The translations under genes were made by a program, and so were the position numbers. From a virus (lineage: Duplodnaviria > Caudoviricetes), in IMG/VR virus record IMGVR_UViG_3300009304_000001, positions 1 to 55,658 of that record: a DNA stretch of 55,658 nt, one strand, 5' to 3'. Below are positions 28,244-39,095 of this stretch, piece after piece; position 1 is the first letter of the stretch, and each line of letters starts with the position of its first letter. The notes beneath the pieces were generated by a model that saw nothing but the letters and a program-made list of their open reading frames with translations, did not search any database and was not told the DNA's origin.

Positions 28244-28954
28244 ATGTTAAAAGAATTAATCGATTACCTAATCAATCTATCACGTCCTGAAATTGTAGAG
28301 CAAGGTGGAAAAACATATTCAACGCACAACTTGAACCAGCTAGACCGGGAGCAACCAGTTGATGCAATCAATATCCGAAGCCTTTCGGGTCTAGTGGATT
28401 ATATCAAGTCCAACTTTGACCATGAACGCGAGGTAATGATTCATGTCGAATCGCCTACTAAAGTAAGAGTTTTTGATCCGCTGAATGATGTGAACGACCG
28501 CAGAACATACGTAAAGGCGGAGGCAATGCTTCCAAGTATCACATTTGAACGACATATGAATCGTGAGGAATTTAATATCATGCTGCAGGCTTGTTTCGTT
28601 AATAACGATCATAAGGAAAAAGTCTTGAAGTTCATTGGCTCACTTGTCGAAGATAACTCAGTTATTCAAGATGATGATGGGATTTCACAAAAGGTTACAG
28701 CGAAAACAGGAATCGCAAGTTTGGGATTATCAGAAGTTCCGAATCCAGTAGGGTTGAAGCCTTTCCGTACATTCGTAGAAGTTGCCCAACCGGAATCAGA
28801 ATTTGTGCTTAGGTTACGTGAGGGTGGTAAGGCCGGATTGTTTGAAGCGGACGGCGGCGCTTGGGAATTAAACGCAATGCAAAACATTAAAGAATATTTC
28901 AAAGAAGAATTAAAAGATCTAATCGAAAGCGGCAAAGTAATCATCGTCGCTTAA
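28244..28954 (+). CDS. Conserved phage protein (YfdQ/DUF2303-like partner of upstream gene)
   Basis: SLSGLVDYI, DDGISQKV, LKPFRTFVEVAQPES, LFEADGGAW. Confidence 0.6.
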   Translation: MLKELIDYLINLSRPEIVEQGGKTYSTHNLNQLDREQPVDAINIRSLSGLVDYIKSNFDHEREVMIHVESPTKVRVFDPLNDVNDRRTYVKAEAMLPSITFERHMNREEFNIMLQACFVNNDHKEKVLKFIGSLVEDNSVIQDDDGISQKVTAKTGIASLGLSEVPNPVGLKPFRTFVEVAQPESEFVLRLREGGKAGLFEADGGAWELNAMQNIKEYFKEELKDLIESGKVIIVA

Positions 28955-29130
28955 ATAAAAGGGTCGGGGTAACACTCGGCCCATCTTTTTAAACGGAGGG
29001 ATGGCGTGGACAACAATAAACCGTGGTGGTTCTTGTATAGGCGAGAAGGATTTCAAAAGGTTTATCTCTATGAGCAATGTTGGGGGAAAGAGCTAACTAG
29101 AAGGTTAAAAGCAGGTTGGAGGGTTATTGA

Positions 29131-32100
29131 GTGACAGACTACGAATTAAAACTAGCGAATGCATTAAGCGAAGAAATAAGGGAAATGGAATTATTCTTGC
29201 GTGCTGCCGAAAGAGTGTGGACGGGAAAGATAGTGAAGGAAACAACCAAGTATATACTCAAATCCCATCCGTACGGCGCGTTAAAGGAAAGGGAATTTGA
29301 GTTAGATACAGATTTGAAAAATAAGGTGTTGGAATTATTAAGGGATGAATTGTTGGAGAAGAAATACCAGTTAAAGAATATATAGGGTGGGTGAAATAAT
29401 GACTGACCAAATGACATTGGATGAACTAATGATGCCAGAGTTGATACTTTGCTCATTGAGCGAGGGGTATCACTGGATAAGGATCACTCAGGGATGTACA
29501 CCAGTTGAATTTATAGAGTGTGTCCAATTTAAAATGGATGGATACGATTACATTTATGAAAACACGCCATTGAAAGATGAAATCATTTCAGCGTTTGAAG
29601 GAACGGTTAGATCCATACCGTTTGCTTTCGGACAACAGTAAATATGTGCAGCATTACTTAAAAATATTTAAGGAGTGAGGAGTATGTCATATTTTACGAT
29701 TCCAATCAATGCAGGGTCAGAAGAAGAGCGTGCCAGTAGAATCGCTGAAAATGAATCGAGGGGTTTCGAATTAGTAAAGACTTTTGAGCGCGAAAAAGAA
29801 CATAAGAGTTGGGGGAATCACGGATATCGAGTCGGTAATGAAGCGGTCTTCAAATATGCAGGAAGTGATCTGTCTAAACAATATTGTGCAATCATGCGGC
29901 GTTGCAATATCCAGTACTTGAAACAGAAGGCGGCGCAATCAGTCGAGACTGTAAGTAGTTGACACAAAAGGTTGAATAGAAAAGGGAGGACGATCAAGTG
30001 AAGGACGACATACAGTTTCTGAAAGATTTGCAGGACGAATTAAAAACACAGGACACAGACCACCAAGCCGCTCCCCGATACTGGGGGATTATGAATTACA
30101 GAATTGTACCCGGCAATGAGGATTACGATGATTGCCATATATCTTATTTCTATAACGATGGCGACCATACGGAATTTGTTAGTGTCGAAAACTTGAAGGA
30201 ATTTATAGCGGATTACTTCTTAGATGAAATCCAAGAATATTTGGATGTTGAAGGTATTGCCGACCTAAAATGGCTATTGAACGAAGATGGAACAACTCTA
30301 GTAGATTTGTGGGAATTCGTCACCGATAACATGAACGAAAGCGGACACTTCAATGAATGTCCAGTTACGGAAGAAAGTTTTATCGTGACTAGTGCTATGT
30401 TTCTTACAAAGGCAGAAGCTAAAAAACACCTTGAATTAAATCACTACCACTATTCGTCAAAGGCTCACACCTATGCAATGACAGCGTGGAGAGCGCCAAA
30501 GGTCGAGAGGTTGTTGGGGTTATTAGAATCGTTTGATTGGGTTGCGGTCGAAAAACTAATGAACGACTGTTAAACAGTACGAAGAAGGGGTGGGAGCGAT
30601 TAACAAGAAAGAATTTAAAGTCACATTAAAGTGGTTATGGTATTGGCCAGTAATTCGATACCATATGAAGAAAACCCTTAAAATCAATCCTAAGCATCAA
30701 GCTATCCTTAATTACCACTACGAAAAAGTTCAACATTATCACGAAAAAGTAACTAAGCACTAATTCAACAGTACGAAGATAAGGTTGACCAATCAGACGA
30801 ATTAATTACAAGTTCGATTATAAGAACGAAGTCCTTTAAAAGAAGGGTGTGAAGAGTATTGAAGAAAGGCGATCAATTAATCTATCAACCCGGCATATGG
30901 CAGCAACTAGTCACCGTGGAGCACATCGGGAAGGAATCCGGAGCAACTTATATTCAGACGAGCGGTAACTCCGGATACTCTTCGGAATTTAAGGTGCCGA
31001 CAGCAGAAGACTTAATCAGGCATCAAGAGATAGAGGTTACACGCTCGGTTATTGCAGAAATAAAAGTTTGTTACCGTTGCCAAATAGAAATCGATCAAGG
31101 TTGGATTATAGAAAGGTCGATAGAAGATGTTAATGGTTATTGCTCATATGGATGTGGAACTAAAGCAGGAATATCTTCAACAGCCTTTATCAGAAATGCC
31201 TATTATTCGACCATAAGGCGGAACGTATTATAAAAAGACTTAATAAATCAATAACTTAACACTAATCAACAAGTATTTAGTCTATTAAAATACTTACTTA
31301 TGAAAGGGTTGGTATAGAGTGCCGGATGAAAAGGGCTTTGGTATTGAATATTACACGCATAAAGAAAAACAACGGGCATTGGACGAAGCCGCAATGACGG
31401 ATGCAGAAAGAATTGCAACGATTAAGCAATATGTAGAAGTATCACTAATGAACAATATACACCCAATATTAAATCAGGAAGAACTAATATATCTACTCGA
31501 TCAAGCAGGCGACACTAAGTTGAGAACAGATGTAGATATAGCCTTACGGAACTTTAGGAAGGGTCGTACTAACCAAGGAATAACCATACTAAGCAAAGCG
31601 ATTGAGTAGTCATTGGAATATCAAGGGGGCGAAGTTTGGTGGAAAGTAAACTTGGACAACTAGATCGGATAAAGGTGAACGCTTCTGTAGGTACTCAAGA
31701 ATTTAAGTGGGCAACTATAGAAAGCGTAGATGGATTAAGGGAAGGTGACTTTCTCTGGTTAATCGAACAAGCGGAACGCAAGCGATCCCTAGAAATAGAA
31801 AGGCAGGATAAACGATTGGCAAGTAAAGTTAAATCGACGTTATCGAAAGAGACGGAAGAAAAAAACACGCAACTAGAAGACAAGTTGAATTACGTTAAAA
31901 AACTAGTTGAATCGAATAGGACCGGTCACGCAATCAAGTTCGATTTAAAAATGAGTTTAAGGGGGATGCAGAATGACAACTGATTTATTGAAATCCATGA
32001 TAGCGCACTACAAAGAAACAGGGTCCAGAGTCGACGAAGTCCTTTTTCAAGAGGTAATGAAAGTCGTTGGGCAGGTGAAGGAACTGGATGATGCGGCATA

Positions 32101-32654
32101 CGGATTGAGTGAAACGTTGCGACAGGAGCTAGGTCACAGCGTGAAATTAAGTGGGCGGATTGAATCGGCGGAAGCTGTAATAAACTTCTATGCGAACCCA
32201 ACGATTTATGACCTACAGAGTGGCAAAGGCGGAACGTTGTTCGTTGAAATTGAAAGAGACAAAGGACGTAGAGCACGTACTTATCTAGGGAGGGAGAACA
32301 GTGAAGACAAAAAGACTAAAGGTGCTGCTCGAAATAGATGAACTGAACAAAGAGCGGTGTGAAGCGTGTATCGAATCAGATGCTAAGGGCTCTGATTGTG
32401 AATGTGATGCCGCCGAATCGATACGTAAATTAGGCGATAAGCTATTGAGTTATACAAAGCCAAGAAACGAACAGGAATGGAAGCTGTTAAATGAATTAAA
32501 GTTTGAAGATATGACAACGGATCACTATGTGAAGATAAGAGAAGCAGGAATAAAAGATGTGGCTATGCGTGAGAAGTTAGGTGTAACTGTAGCAATGCTT
32601 TATAACTGGAAAAAAGATAACGGTCTAATAGCGAAAAGGAGTGTCGGTGTATGA
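29131..32654 (+). other. Cluster of small hypothetical early/middle genes (29131, 29387, 29675, 29998, 30859, 31319, 31636, 31973, 32301)
   Basis: Co-oriented ORFs with RBSs and coupled stops/starts; no family recognised confidently. Confidence 0.6.
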
Positions 32655-33259
32655 ATATAGCAAAAATGGTTTTACTGCAGAAGGATCTTGACGAAGTGAT
32701 AAACAAGAATCACCCGATTGGATTAAACGAAAATAGAACGGCCAATAAGATTACAGCATTAGTAGTGGAGTTGGCGGAGTTTGCAAATGAAGCTAGGTTC
32801 TTTAAGTACTGGAGCGAAGACACGGAGCCAAGAACGGAAGTCAGACATTACGCTAGAAATTCAGGAAAGTACCTACCAAACTATATAACTACAAATCCGA
32901 TGCTTGAAGAATACGTTGATAGTGTTCATTTCTTTTTATCAGTTGCAATTGATAAGGGATGGGAGAAAGCGTTGTATGTACCAGAAGAGAATTTGATTAA
33001 GTTAGATGAAAAGGGCTTTCCGGGCGGAATTACAGAAGCGTATAACGGTGTAATTTACAACTTGATGAAATCTCAATACGAAGGCAATGCAAAATACAAA
33101 GGTGAACACTACAGATCATCAGAAAACTTCTTTAACGAGGCATGGTTCCTGTTTATGGCCATAGGTCAAGTAGGTTACGGATTTACGGAAGAGGACATTG
33201 AGGCGGCGTACATCCTTAAAAATGAAGAGAATCATTCTAGACAAAATAACAACTACTAG
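32651..33259 (+). CDS. Dimeric (all-alpha) dUTPase
   Basis: ALVVELAEFANE..FFKYWS, EEYVDSVHFFLS, KNEENHSRQ. Confidence 0.85.
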   Translation: MNIAKMVLLQKDLDEVINKNHPIGLNENRTANKITALVVELAEFANEARFFKYWSEDTEPRTEVRHYARNSGKYLPNYITTNPMLEEYVDSVHFFLSVAIDKGWEKALYVPEENLIKLDEKGFPGGITEAYNGVIYNLMKSQYEGNAKYKGEHYRSSENFFNEAWFLFMAIGQVGYGFTEEDIEAAYILKNEENHSRQNNNY

Positions 33260-33567
33260 GGGGATTGGATATGGTGACTATAAAAGAAGAAAAGGTGTGT
33301 ATCGAATGCAAGAAAGATCTAAATAGATATTGGGGCCGTAACTTCTGTAAGAACTGTCTTGGTGAACTATTAAATGCACAACGGCGTGAGGACGATGCAC
33401 GCGAGTTGCTGAAAAAGGAGAAACTATGAACAAAGAAGAACGGGACGAATTGATAGCAGTGCTGCTTATGTGGAGTAACTGGAATAAAGCGGCACTGGAA
33501 AGCTTGAGCAATCGAAAGTTACTGGAAGAATACGACCGATACAACAGAATGACTAAGGGGTGAAAGC

Positions 33568-33999
33568 GTGACGATCAATTCAAAGCCGGAGAAACTACGC
33601 AGAGGTACTGTTCAACACATAGAAGCAGAACTATATGATTATCACGATACGCTTAAAAGAATCAAAGAACGCCGTGACGAGTTACTACATGGATCACCTT
33701 CGGAGGAATTGGTAGGTGGCAGAAGTAATATACCATCTGACCCAACAGGTAGTGTCGTGTCCCAGCTAATGGCTGATAAGCAACTACAAGAATTAGAGCG
33801 TATAGCAGCAGCTGTTGAACATGTTTATAATATGTGCGATGAACAGCGTAGAAAGTTAATCCGCCTCAAGTATTGGACAAGGCCACAAACTAGATCATGG
33901 GAAGGCATAGCACAAGAGATTCCAACGAGTCGAGCAACTTCATTCCGATGGCGTGATGAAATCATTCAAGCGATTGGGGAAGTGTTGGGGTGGCGGTAA
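33568..33999 (+). CDS. rinA: RinA-family late transcriptional activator
   Basis: HIEAELYDY, SDPTGSVV, LIRLKYW...WEGIAQEI...FRWRDEII. Confidence 0.8.
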   Translation: MTINSKPEKLRRGTVQHIEAELYDYHDTLKRIKERRDELLHGSPSEELVGGRSNIPSDPTGSVVSQLMADKQLQELERIAAAVEHVYNMCDEQRRKLIRLKYWTRPQTRSWEGIAQEIPTSRATSFRWRDEIIQAIGEVLGWR

Positions 34000-34032
34000 G
34001 TAGTTGACACAAAATGTGAAGGAGGAAGTAAT

Positions 34033-34338
34033 TTGAAGCTAAATAATAGTTACACAAATAGAGGTTTCGGTCTTATCGAATTTGTAGATAGGTATGGCGA
34101 CAAGTGTAGTATTCAAAAGTCCTCGCTTGCAACAGAAGATGCAATTTGGTTCGGAATTGATGATGCAAGCCCGAAGATTATGGCATCTAAAACAAAGGAA
34201 GGTGGAAATGGATGGGTTCCATATGTAATACCTAAAGATGTTTTATTTTCGACAAGAATGCATCTGACGCAAGAGCAGGTAAAAGAATTGTTGCCGATAC
34301 TTCAAGAGTTCGCAAAAACAGGGGAGCTGCCAGATTAA
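34033..34338 (+). CDS. Conserved phage hypothetical protein
   Basis: RGFGLIEFVDRYGDKCSIQKSSLATEDAIWFG...RMHLTQEQV. Confidence 0.65.
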   Translation: MKLNNSYTNRGFGLIEFVDRYGDKCSIQKSSLATEDAIWFGIDDASPKIMASKTKEGGNGWVPYVIPKDVLFSTRMHLTQEQVKELLPILQEFAKTGELPD

Positions 34339-34400
34339 CGTTAATCAGCAGTACGATCAAGTAGCGTACTCAACATACAGGGAGAAGGGAGGTAGAAAAT

Positions 34401-34502
34401 ATGTTCAAGTGCTTCTTTAAAGGTCACAATTGGTTCATAACAAGTAAGTGGTTAAGCGGTAATAGTTACATGTGTACCCGCTGCGGTAAAGAAAAGATTT
34501 GA
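34401..34502 (+). CDS. 33-aa Cys/His peptide (DUF1660-like)
   Basis: GGGAGG RBS; CFFKGHNW...CTRCGK. Confidence 0.55.
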   Translation: MFKCFFKGHNWFITSKWLSGNSYMCTRCGKEKI

Positions 34503-34535
34503 TCGAATATCCAGTTCTAATATAATAAGACTATT

Positions 34536-34570
34536 ATGAGACTTTCGACGTGCCTAAATGGGTTATGGTG
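34536..34570 (+). promoter_or_regulatory. Putative RinA-activated late promoter
   Basis: TGAGACTTT element followed by TATGGT -10-like box, the pattern usually seen downstream of rinA. Confidence 0.5.
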
Positions 34571-34613
34571 ATAACGTGGTAGTAAATCAACAGAGCGTTA
34601 CCACAAGAGGCGG

Positions 34614-35180
34614 CGTAGATACGTTGCAAAGGTTGCGGTACATACCGATTGACAACCGACAAAGCAAGGATGCACATAAAAAGCGGCGTAGGTTAGCCGG
34701 CATCAAAAATACAAAGTAAGTTTATGACTAGAAGACGGTGGCCCGTTGTACAGGCGTGGGAGTTTGTGCAACGAACTGTCTTGTTCACAAGGCATACGCA
34801 GTCGCATCGGTTAATCACAGTTAAGATTGACTACATTACTATGGTAGCGGCGCGATAGTCTCGATACGAAGGAGCCGATTACAACGGGTGTGGAAGCCCA
34901 GCGTGAAAGACCTCTTAATCTAAACGACATCACTGATCTGATGCGGTAAAAATCGGAAAGTAGTAATGCTATTACGGGTAGGGCCTGTGGATACGCGGAT
35001 AATACTTTCCGGTTATTGTTTATGTAAGAAGTCAGCCTGTAAAGTCTAGGAGTAATCGAGGTTATGGGCTGAGTTGTTATATAAAATACAGGTACATAAA
35101 GGTGGTGGGTCATTCTTGAAGTCTCGTGTAAACGTCAATAGGCGATATGCCGGAGGGGAAAGGTGATCCATACATCTACG
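34614..35180 (+). ncRNA. Large structured ncRNA (~570 nt), ROOL/GOLLD-like candidate
   Basis: No credible ORF; nested long-range helices 34614-20/35174-80, 34697-703/35147-153, 34742-50/34880-88, 34954-62/35003-11, 35019-26/35093-100. Confidence 0.75.
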
Positions 35181-35236
35181 AACTATCGTTTAAATAGTGA
35201 GCCGAATCCTGTATCATTGAATCAAATGGTATAGGA

Positions 35237-35749
35237 GTGATTTTTATTAAACGGTTAATGATTATTTTATTAGGTGTTATGTTGTTGTCGGCATGCGGGG
35301 ATAACGAATACGAAAAAGAATTAAAGGAAGCAGAAAAAGGATTAGAGGAATCTAAAGCGGAGTCAGAAAGAATCTCAGAACAAATAGGAGTAACAGAGGA
35401 TGATCCCGTGGATGAATCGATTAGCATATCAGCGGAAGAAGTTGCTGAACTTATAGCACATGAAGCTCTAGGCGAAGGTGATACCATAACAGATGTAATT
35501 ATTTACGATGGAGAAATCAAAGCGGTTATAGAAATATCAGATGATGCTATCATTAGCGATAAAAGTCTTCTTGCTGAATCAATATACTCTCGTGCAGGGG
35601 ACGCTCTTCTTGAACATGAAGGTTGGGATGTGCTGACGGTAGAGTTTGTGGATGTCGGTGAAGTATCTATGCAGCGCAACGAAAAGGAATCAAACGAATA
35701 TGGAATGGATTATTTCCCGCTTGAAAAGATAATAGGTCAACTGGAATAA
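35237..35749 (+). CDS. Acidic lipoprotein moron
   Basis: Signal peptide with lipobox LLSAC; terminator at ~35759-35788. Confidence 0.75.
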   Translation: MIFIKRLMIILLGVMLLSACGDNEYEKELKEAEKGLEESKAESERISEQIGVTEDDPVDESISISAEEVAELIAHEALGEGDTITDVIIYDGEIKAVIEISDDAIISDKSLLAESIYSRAGDALLEHEGWDVLTVEFVDVGEVSMQRNEKESNEYGMDYFPLEKIIGQLE

Positions 35750-35792
35750 TAATCTATTAGACACTTACTTAATTGTAGGTGTCTTTTTATTA

Positions 35793-36197
35793 TTGGAAAA
35801 GGAGATGAACGATATGGAAATCAACCGCATTGAGCATAGTTGTATGAGGTGCCAAGCAAGATTTACTTTAGATGAACAAAACTGCGTGGATGGAATGAAC
35901 TGTCCAATATGTGGAGGTCCCATAAGAATTACAGGTTTTGAAACTGAAACGTTAATCGTTGACGGTGAACCGATTAAGGAACCAGCATTGCTTACGATCG
36001 AATTAGAAAGTGAAACATCGGTACCAAAAGTATTCTATAAAGGCGAAGAGATAACTGATAAGGTAAGTGTTAGCTTTGATTGGGAAACTGATACAGATGT
36101 TATGGGTGGATTATCTTATGCCATTGAGCATCGCGAGAAAGGTTCATACCCAGTATCGAACAGGATAGAGCGCAGAGTTAAAGGGCATTCGTTTTAA
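35793..36197 (+). CDS. Hypothetical protein with Zn ribbon
   Basis: CMRC...CPICGG; VPKVFYKGEEI. Confidence 0.6.
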   Translation: MEKEMNDMEINRIEHSCMRCQARFTLDEQNCVDGMNCPICGGPIRITGFETETLIVDGEPIKEPALLTIELESETSVPKVFYKGEEITDKVSVSFDWETDTDVMGGLSYAIEHREKGSYPVSNRIERRVKGHSF

Positions 36198-36218
36198 TTA
36201 AGGTAGGGGGTATACACA

Positions 36219-36611
36219 TTGGATAACTTCACATGCAACATATGTGCAACAGACTTAACAACCGAATCGATTCAAATAGAAAAAGTAAATGAGATTGATG
36301 TTGCTTATGTTGTTTGTCATGAGTGCGATAACCGTTTCAACTTAATGTTTGATAGTCGTGAAACTTTAAGAATCAAAAAGAAAATCAAAAAGGTAAAAGA
36401 AATTGAAAACTATCTGCAATTGGTTTTGTATCGAGAGATGATGATTGTAGAGGATGACTACTACAAGCAAGAGTATGACAGCCTATCACGAGAAGAGAAG
36501 GACTTAATCGGTGGCTATCAAAGTAATGTTGATAAGCAAAAGATTAAAGAGTACAACAAGATAATTAAAGAGCGGCGATATAATTTTAAAGATCTAACGG
36601 AATTATTGTAA
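36219..36611 (+). CDS. Hypothetical Zn-ribbon protein
   Basis: CNIC...CHEC. Confidence 0.6.
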   Translation: MDNFTCNICATDLTTESIQIEKVNEIDVAYVVCHECDNRFNLMFDSRETLRIKKKIKKVKEIENYLQLVLYREMMIVEDDYYKQEYDSLSREEKDLIGGYQSNVDKQKIKEYNKIIKERRYNFKDLTELL

Positions 36612-36926
36612 ATGTTTTATAAAACAAAACGATGGACCAGCAAACGATTAGTTATCCTACGGCGTGATGAGTACCTATGCAGAGAGTGCAAGCGGTTCGG
36701 CAAGACGACGCAAGCCAACACAGTTCATCATGTGCTACCGCTTGAACAGCACCCAGAGTACAGGTTGACCAACGCTAACCTACTGAGCCTGTGCGGTACG
36801 TGTCACAACAAGATGCACGATAGATTGACCAATGAATTAACAGATACAGGTACGGCATGGGTGGAGCGTGTGGGATTACAGAAGGTATCCCCCCCTCCTA
36901 AAAACGATTTTTTTATAAAAACATAG
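36612..36926 (+). CDS. Terminase-associated HNH endonuclease
   Basis: RRDEYLCREC...VHHV...NLLSLCGTCHNKMH directly upstream of terS. Confidence 0.9.
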   Translation: MFYKTKRWTSKRLVILRRDEYLCRECKRFGKTTQANTVHHVLPLEQHPEYRLTNANLLSLCGTCHNKMHDRLTNELTDTGTAWVERVGLQKVSPPPKNDFFIKT

Positions 36927-36970
36927 ACCGGAGAGTGGAGACTCTTCCAATAGTGCGGGTCTCCGGAAAA
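36885..36970. other. Probable cos packaging region
   Basis: C-run plus CCGGAGA...TCTCCGG inverted repeat between HNH and terS in an HK97-like cos-type phage; exact cut site not determined. Confidence 0.4.
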
Positions 36971-36991
36971 CTTTTTTGAGGTGGTGAAAAC

Positions 36992-37342
36992 ATGACAAGA
37001 CGAATAACGTCGCAAGAAACTATTAAGCGAAGAACGATTAGAGACATGAAAGATTTAGGGGTTCATAAGCCACAGTACAATAGACTTATTGATATTTATG
37101 CAGGCTTGATTCATCAGTATTTAATTGCCGTTGCCGACTTCGAAGATAGTGATTTTGCATACGAAACCGAAACGGCTGCAGGCAATCCAAAGAAGTCGGG
37201 AATCGTCAGCACGATGGAAAACTTGCGAAAAGACATACTCCAGTATTCTGATCGTTTATGTTTGAACCCGAAGAGTTTTGGAGACCGAAAAAGTGAAGAC
37301 GGGAATACATCCTCTCTTGCGGATATATTGAGGAATTCTTGA
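36992..37342 (+). CDS. terS: Terminase small subunit (P27 family)
   Basis: LRKDILQYSDRLCLNPKS; upstream of terL. Confidence 0.85.
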   Translation: MTRRITSQETIKRRTIRDMKDLGVHKPQYNRLIDIYAGLIHQYLIAVADFEDSDFAYETETAAGNPKKSGIVSTMENLRKDILQYSDRLCLNPKSFGDRKSEDGNTSSLADILRNS

Positions 37343-39093
37343 CTAAAGCTTTTAAAAACTATGACGCAGTAATGGAGTATGCAAATAGCGTTGTGGAAAA
37401 ACGTAAGTTAGCAAACAGGGAAACTATTCAGATGTGCCAAAGATTTTTGGACGACTTGAAGAATCCCATTTATGAATTCAAACCAAAAGATGCGGAGTTC
37501 GTTATTCGCATTATCGAAAAAACATTTGTTCATGATAAAGGAGAACGGCTTGATGGAACGCCATTGCTAGGACAACCTTTCATATTAGAACCTTGGCAGA
37601 AATTTATTATCTATAATTTGCTAGGTTTTTTTCATAAAGATACAATCATGCGGCGCTTCAAAGAGGCGTTTATTTTTTTGCCAAGAAAGAACGGTAAAAC
37701 AAGATTTGTCGCTGCTCTTTCGTGGGCCTTAGCATTGTTGGAAAGGCGTTCCGGTTCAACTATATATATTGTTGGTGCAGCACTTAGACAAGCCAGGCAA
37801 TCATTTGAGTTTATTAATTTTAATTTGAAGAAGATGGGCGAAGCGGATAATTTTAGAGTTAGGGACAACAACCAAGAATCTTCCATTGTGGGCGACTTGG
37901 GCGATGGTTCATTACACATTGAAGCACTAGCAGCTAACCCCGATAAACAAGATAGTTTGAACTGTAACATTGCCATAGCCGATGAATTGCACTCATATAA
38001 ACGTGCCACTCAGTACAACGTAATTAAAGAAGCCATGAAAGCTTATACAAATAAGTTAATGATTGGCATAACGACAGCTGGAGATAATCAAAACAGCTTT
38101 TGTTATCATCGTTTGGTTTATTGCCAAAAGATATTAGACCGAACAGTAACGGATGAACAGTACTTTGTGTTTATTGCAAAGGCGGACCAAGATCAAGAGG
38201 GAAATGTAGATTATACTTGTGCGAAAGAACACGAAAAGGCGAATCCTAACTATGGAATAACGATAAGACCGGATGACATTATGAACGATGCACTACAGGC
38301 ACAAAATGATCCGCAACAACGAAAAGACTTCCTTGCTAAATCATTAGATATTTATACAAGCGCAATGAACGCCTACTTTAATATAGACGAGTTCAGAATG
38401 TCTGATATAGCTGTTGAAAATGAATTAGGTTTAGCAGGGTTAAAGCTGAATGAAAAATTAAAGAAATTAGCTAGATTGAAAATTGATTGGTATGGCGGTG
38501 CGGATTTATCAAAGCGGCATGATTTGACTGCCACTGCTTTATACGGCACTTATAAAGACATTGATATAGTTATCAGTCATGCATTTTTCCCAATCGTTGC
38601 AGCTACTGAAAAAGCAGATGATGACAACATTCCATTATTCGGTTGGAAGGATGACGGGTTTTTAACTATGGCTAACAATCCCGTAATTAGTTATCAAGAC
38701 GTTGTGAAATGGTTTATTAATATGCGGAAAGTCGGATTTAAAATCCATAGTACTGGCTTTGATAAGAAGTTTGGTCGTGAGTTCATCCTGGAAATGAAGA
38801 AGAACAACTTTAAGATTGAGGATGCGCCGCAATACTTCCACTTGAAATCAGAAGGTTTCAGACGTATTGAAACTAAGGCGAAAGAAAAGCGGTTTTACTA
38901 TCTAGGTTCAGAAGCATTTGAGTACTGTACGCAGAACGTAAGAGCGATTGAGCAGACAGACGATGCAATCAAGTATGAAAAAATATTAGATACGCAAAGA
39001 ATCGATGTATTTGATGCATCGGTTTTTTCTGCTATGCAAATGTTGAAAACGTTGGAAAAATCGAAGACTGCTAGGCAATGGTTGGATAGTTAG
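37339..39093 (+). CDS. terL: Terminase large subunit
   Basis: LEPWQKF, PRKNGKT, IADELH, ITTAG, GADLS. Confidence 0.95.
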   Translation: MTKAFKNYDAVMEYANSVVEKRKLANRETIQMCQRFLDDLKNPIYEFKPKDAEFVIRIIEKTFVHDKGERLDGTPLLGQPFILEPWQKFIIYNLLGFFHKDTIMRRFKEAFIFLPRKNGKTRFVAALSWALALLERRSGSTIYIVGAALRQARQSFEFINFNLKKMGEADNFRVRDNNQESSIVGDLGDGSLHIEALAANPDKQDSLNCNIAIADELHSYKRATQYNVIKEAMKAYTNKLMIGITTAGDNQNSFCYHRLVYCQKILDRTVTDEQYFVFIAKADQDQEGNVDYTCAKEHEKANPNYGITIRPDDIMNDALQAQNDPQQRKDFLAKSLDIYTSAMNAYFNIDEFRMSDIAVENELGLAGLKLNEKLKKLARLKIDWYGGADLSKRHDLTATALYGTYKDIDIVISHAFFPIVAATEKADDDNIPLFGWKDDGFLTMANNPVISYQDVVKWFINMRKVGFKIHSTGFDKKFGREFILEMKKNNFKIEDAPQYFHLKSEGFRRIETKAKEKRFYYLGSEAFEYCTQNVRAIEQTDDAIKYEKILDTQRIDVFDASVFSAMQMLKTLEKSKTARQWLDS

Positions 39094-39095
39094 GG

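Noticed and set aside
34811-35113. 100-aa minus-strand ORF
   Set aside because: Antisense to the late operon, no recognisable protein features; region is better explained as structured RNA
34614-35210. Group I/II intron or tRNA cluster
   Set aside because: No interrupted gene, no domain-V hairpin after GAGCCG, and no cloverleaf recognised
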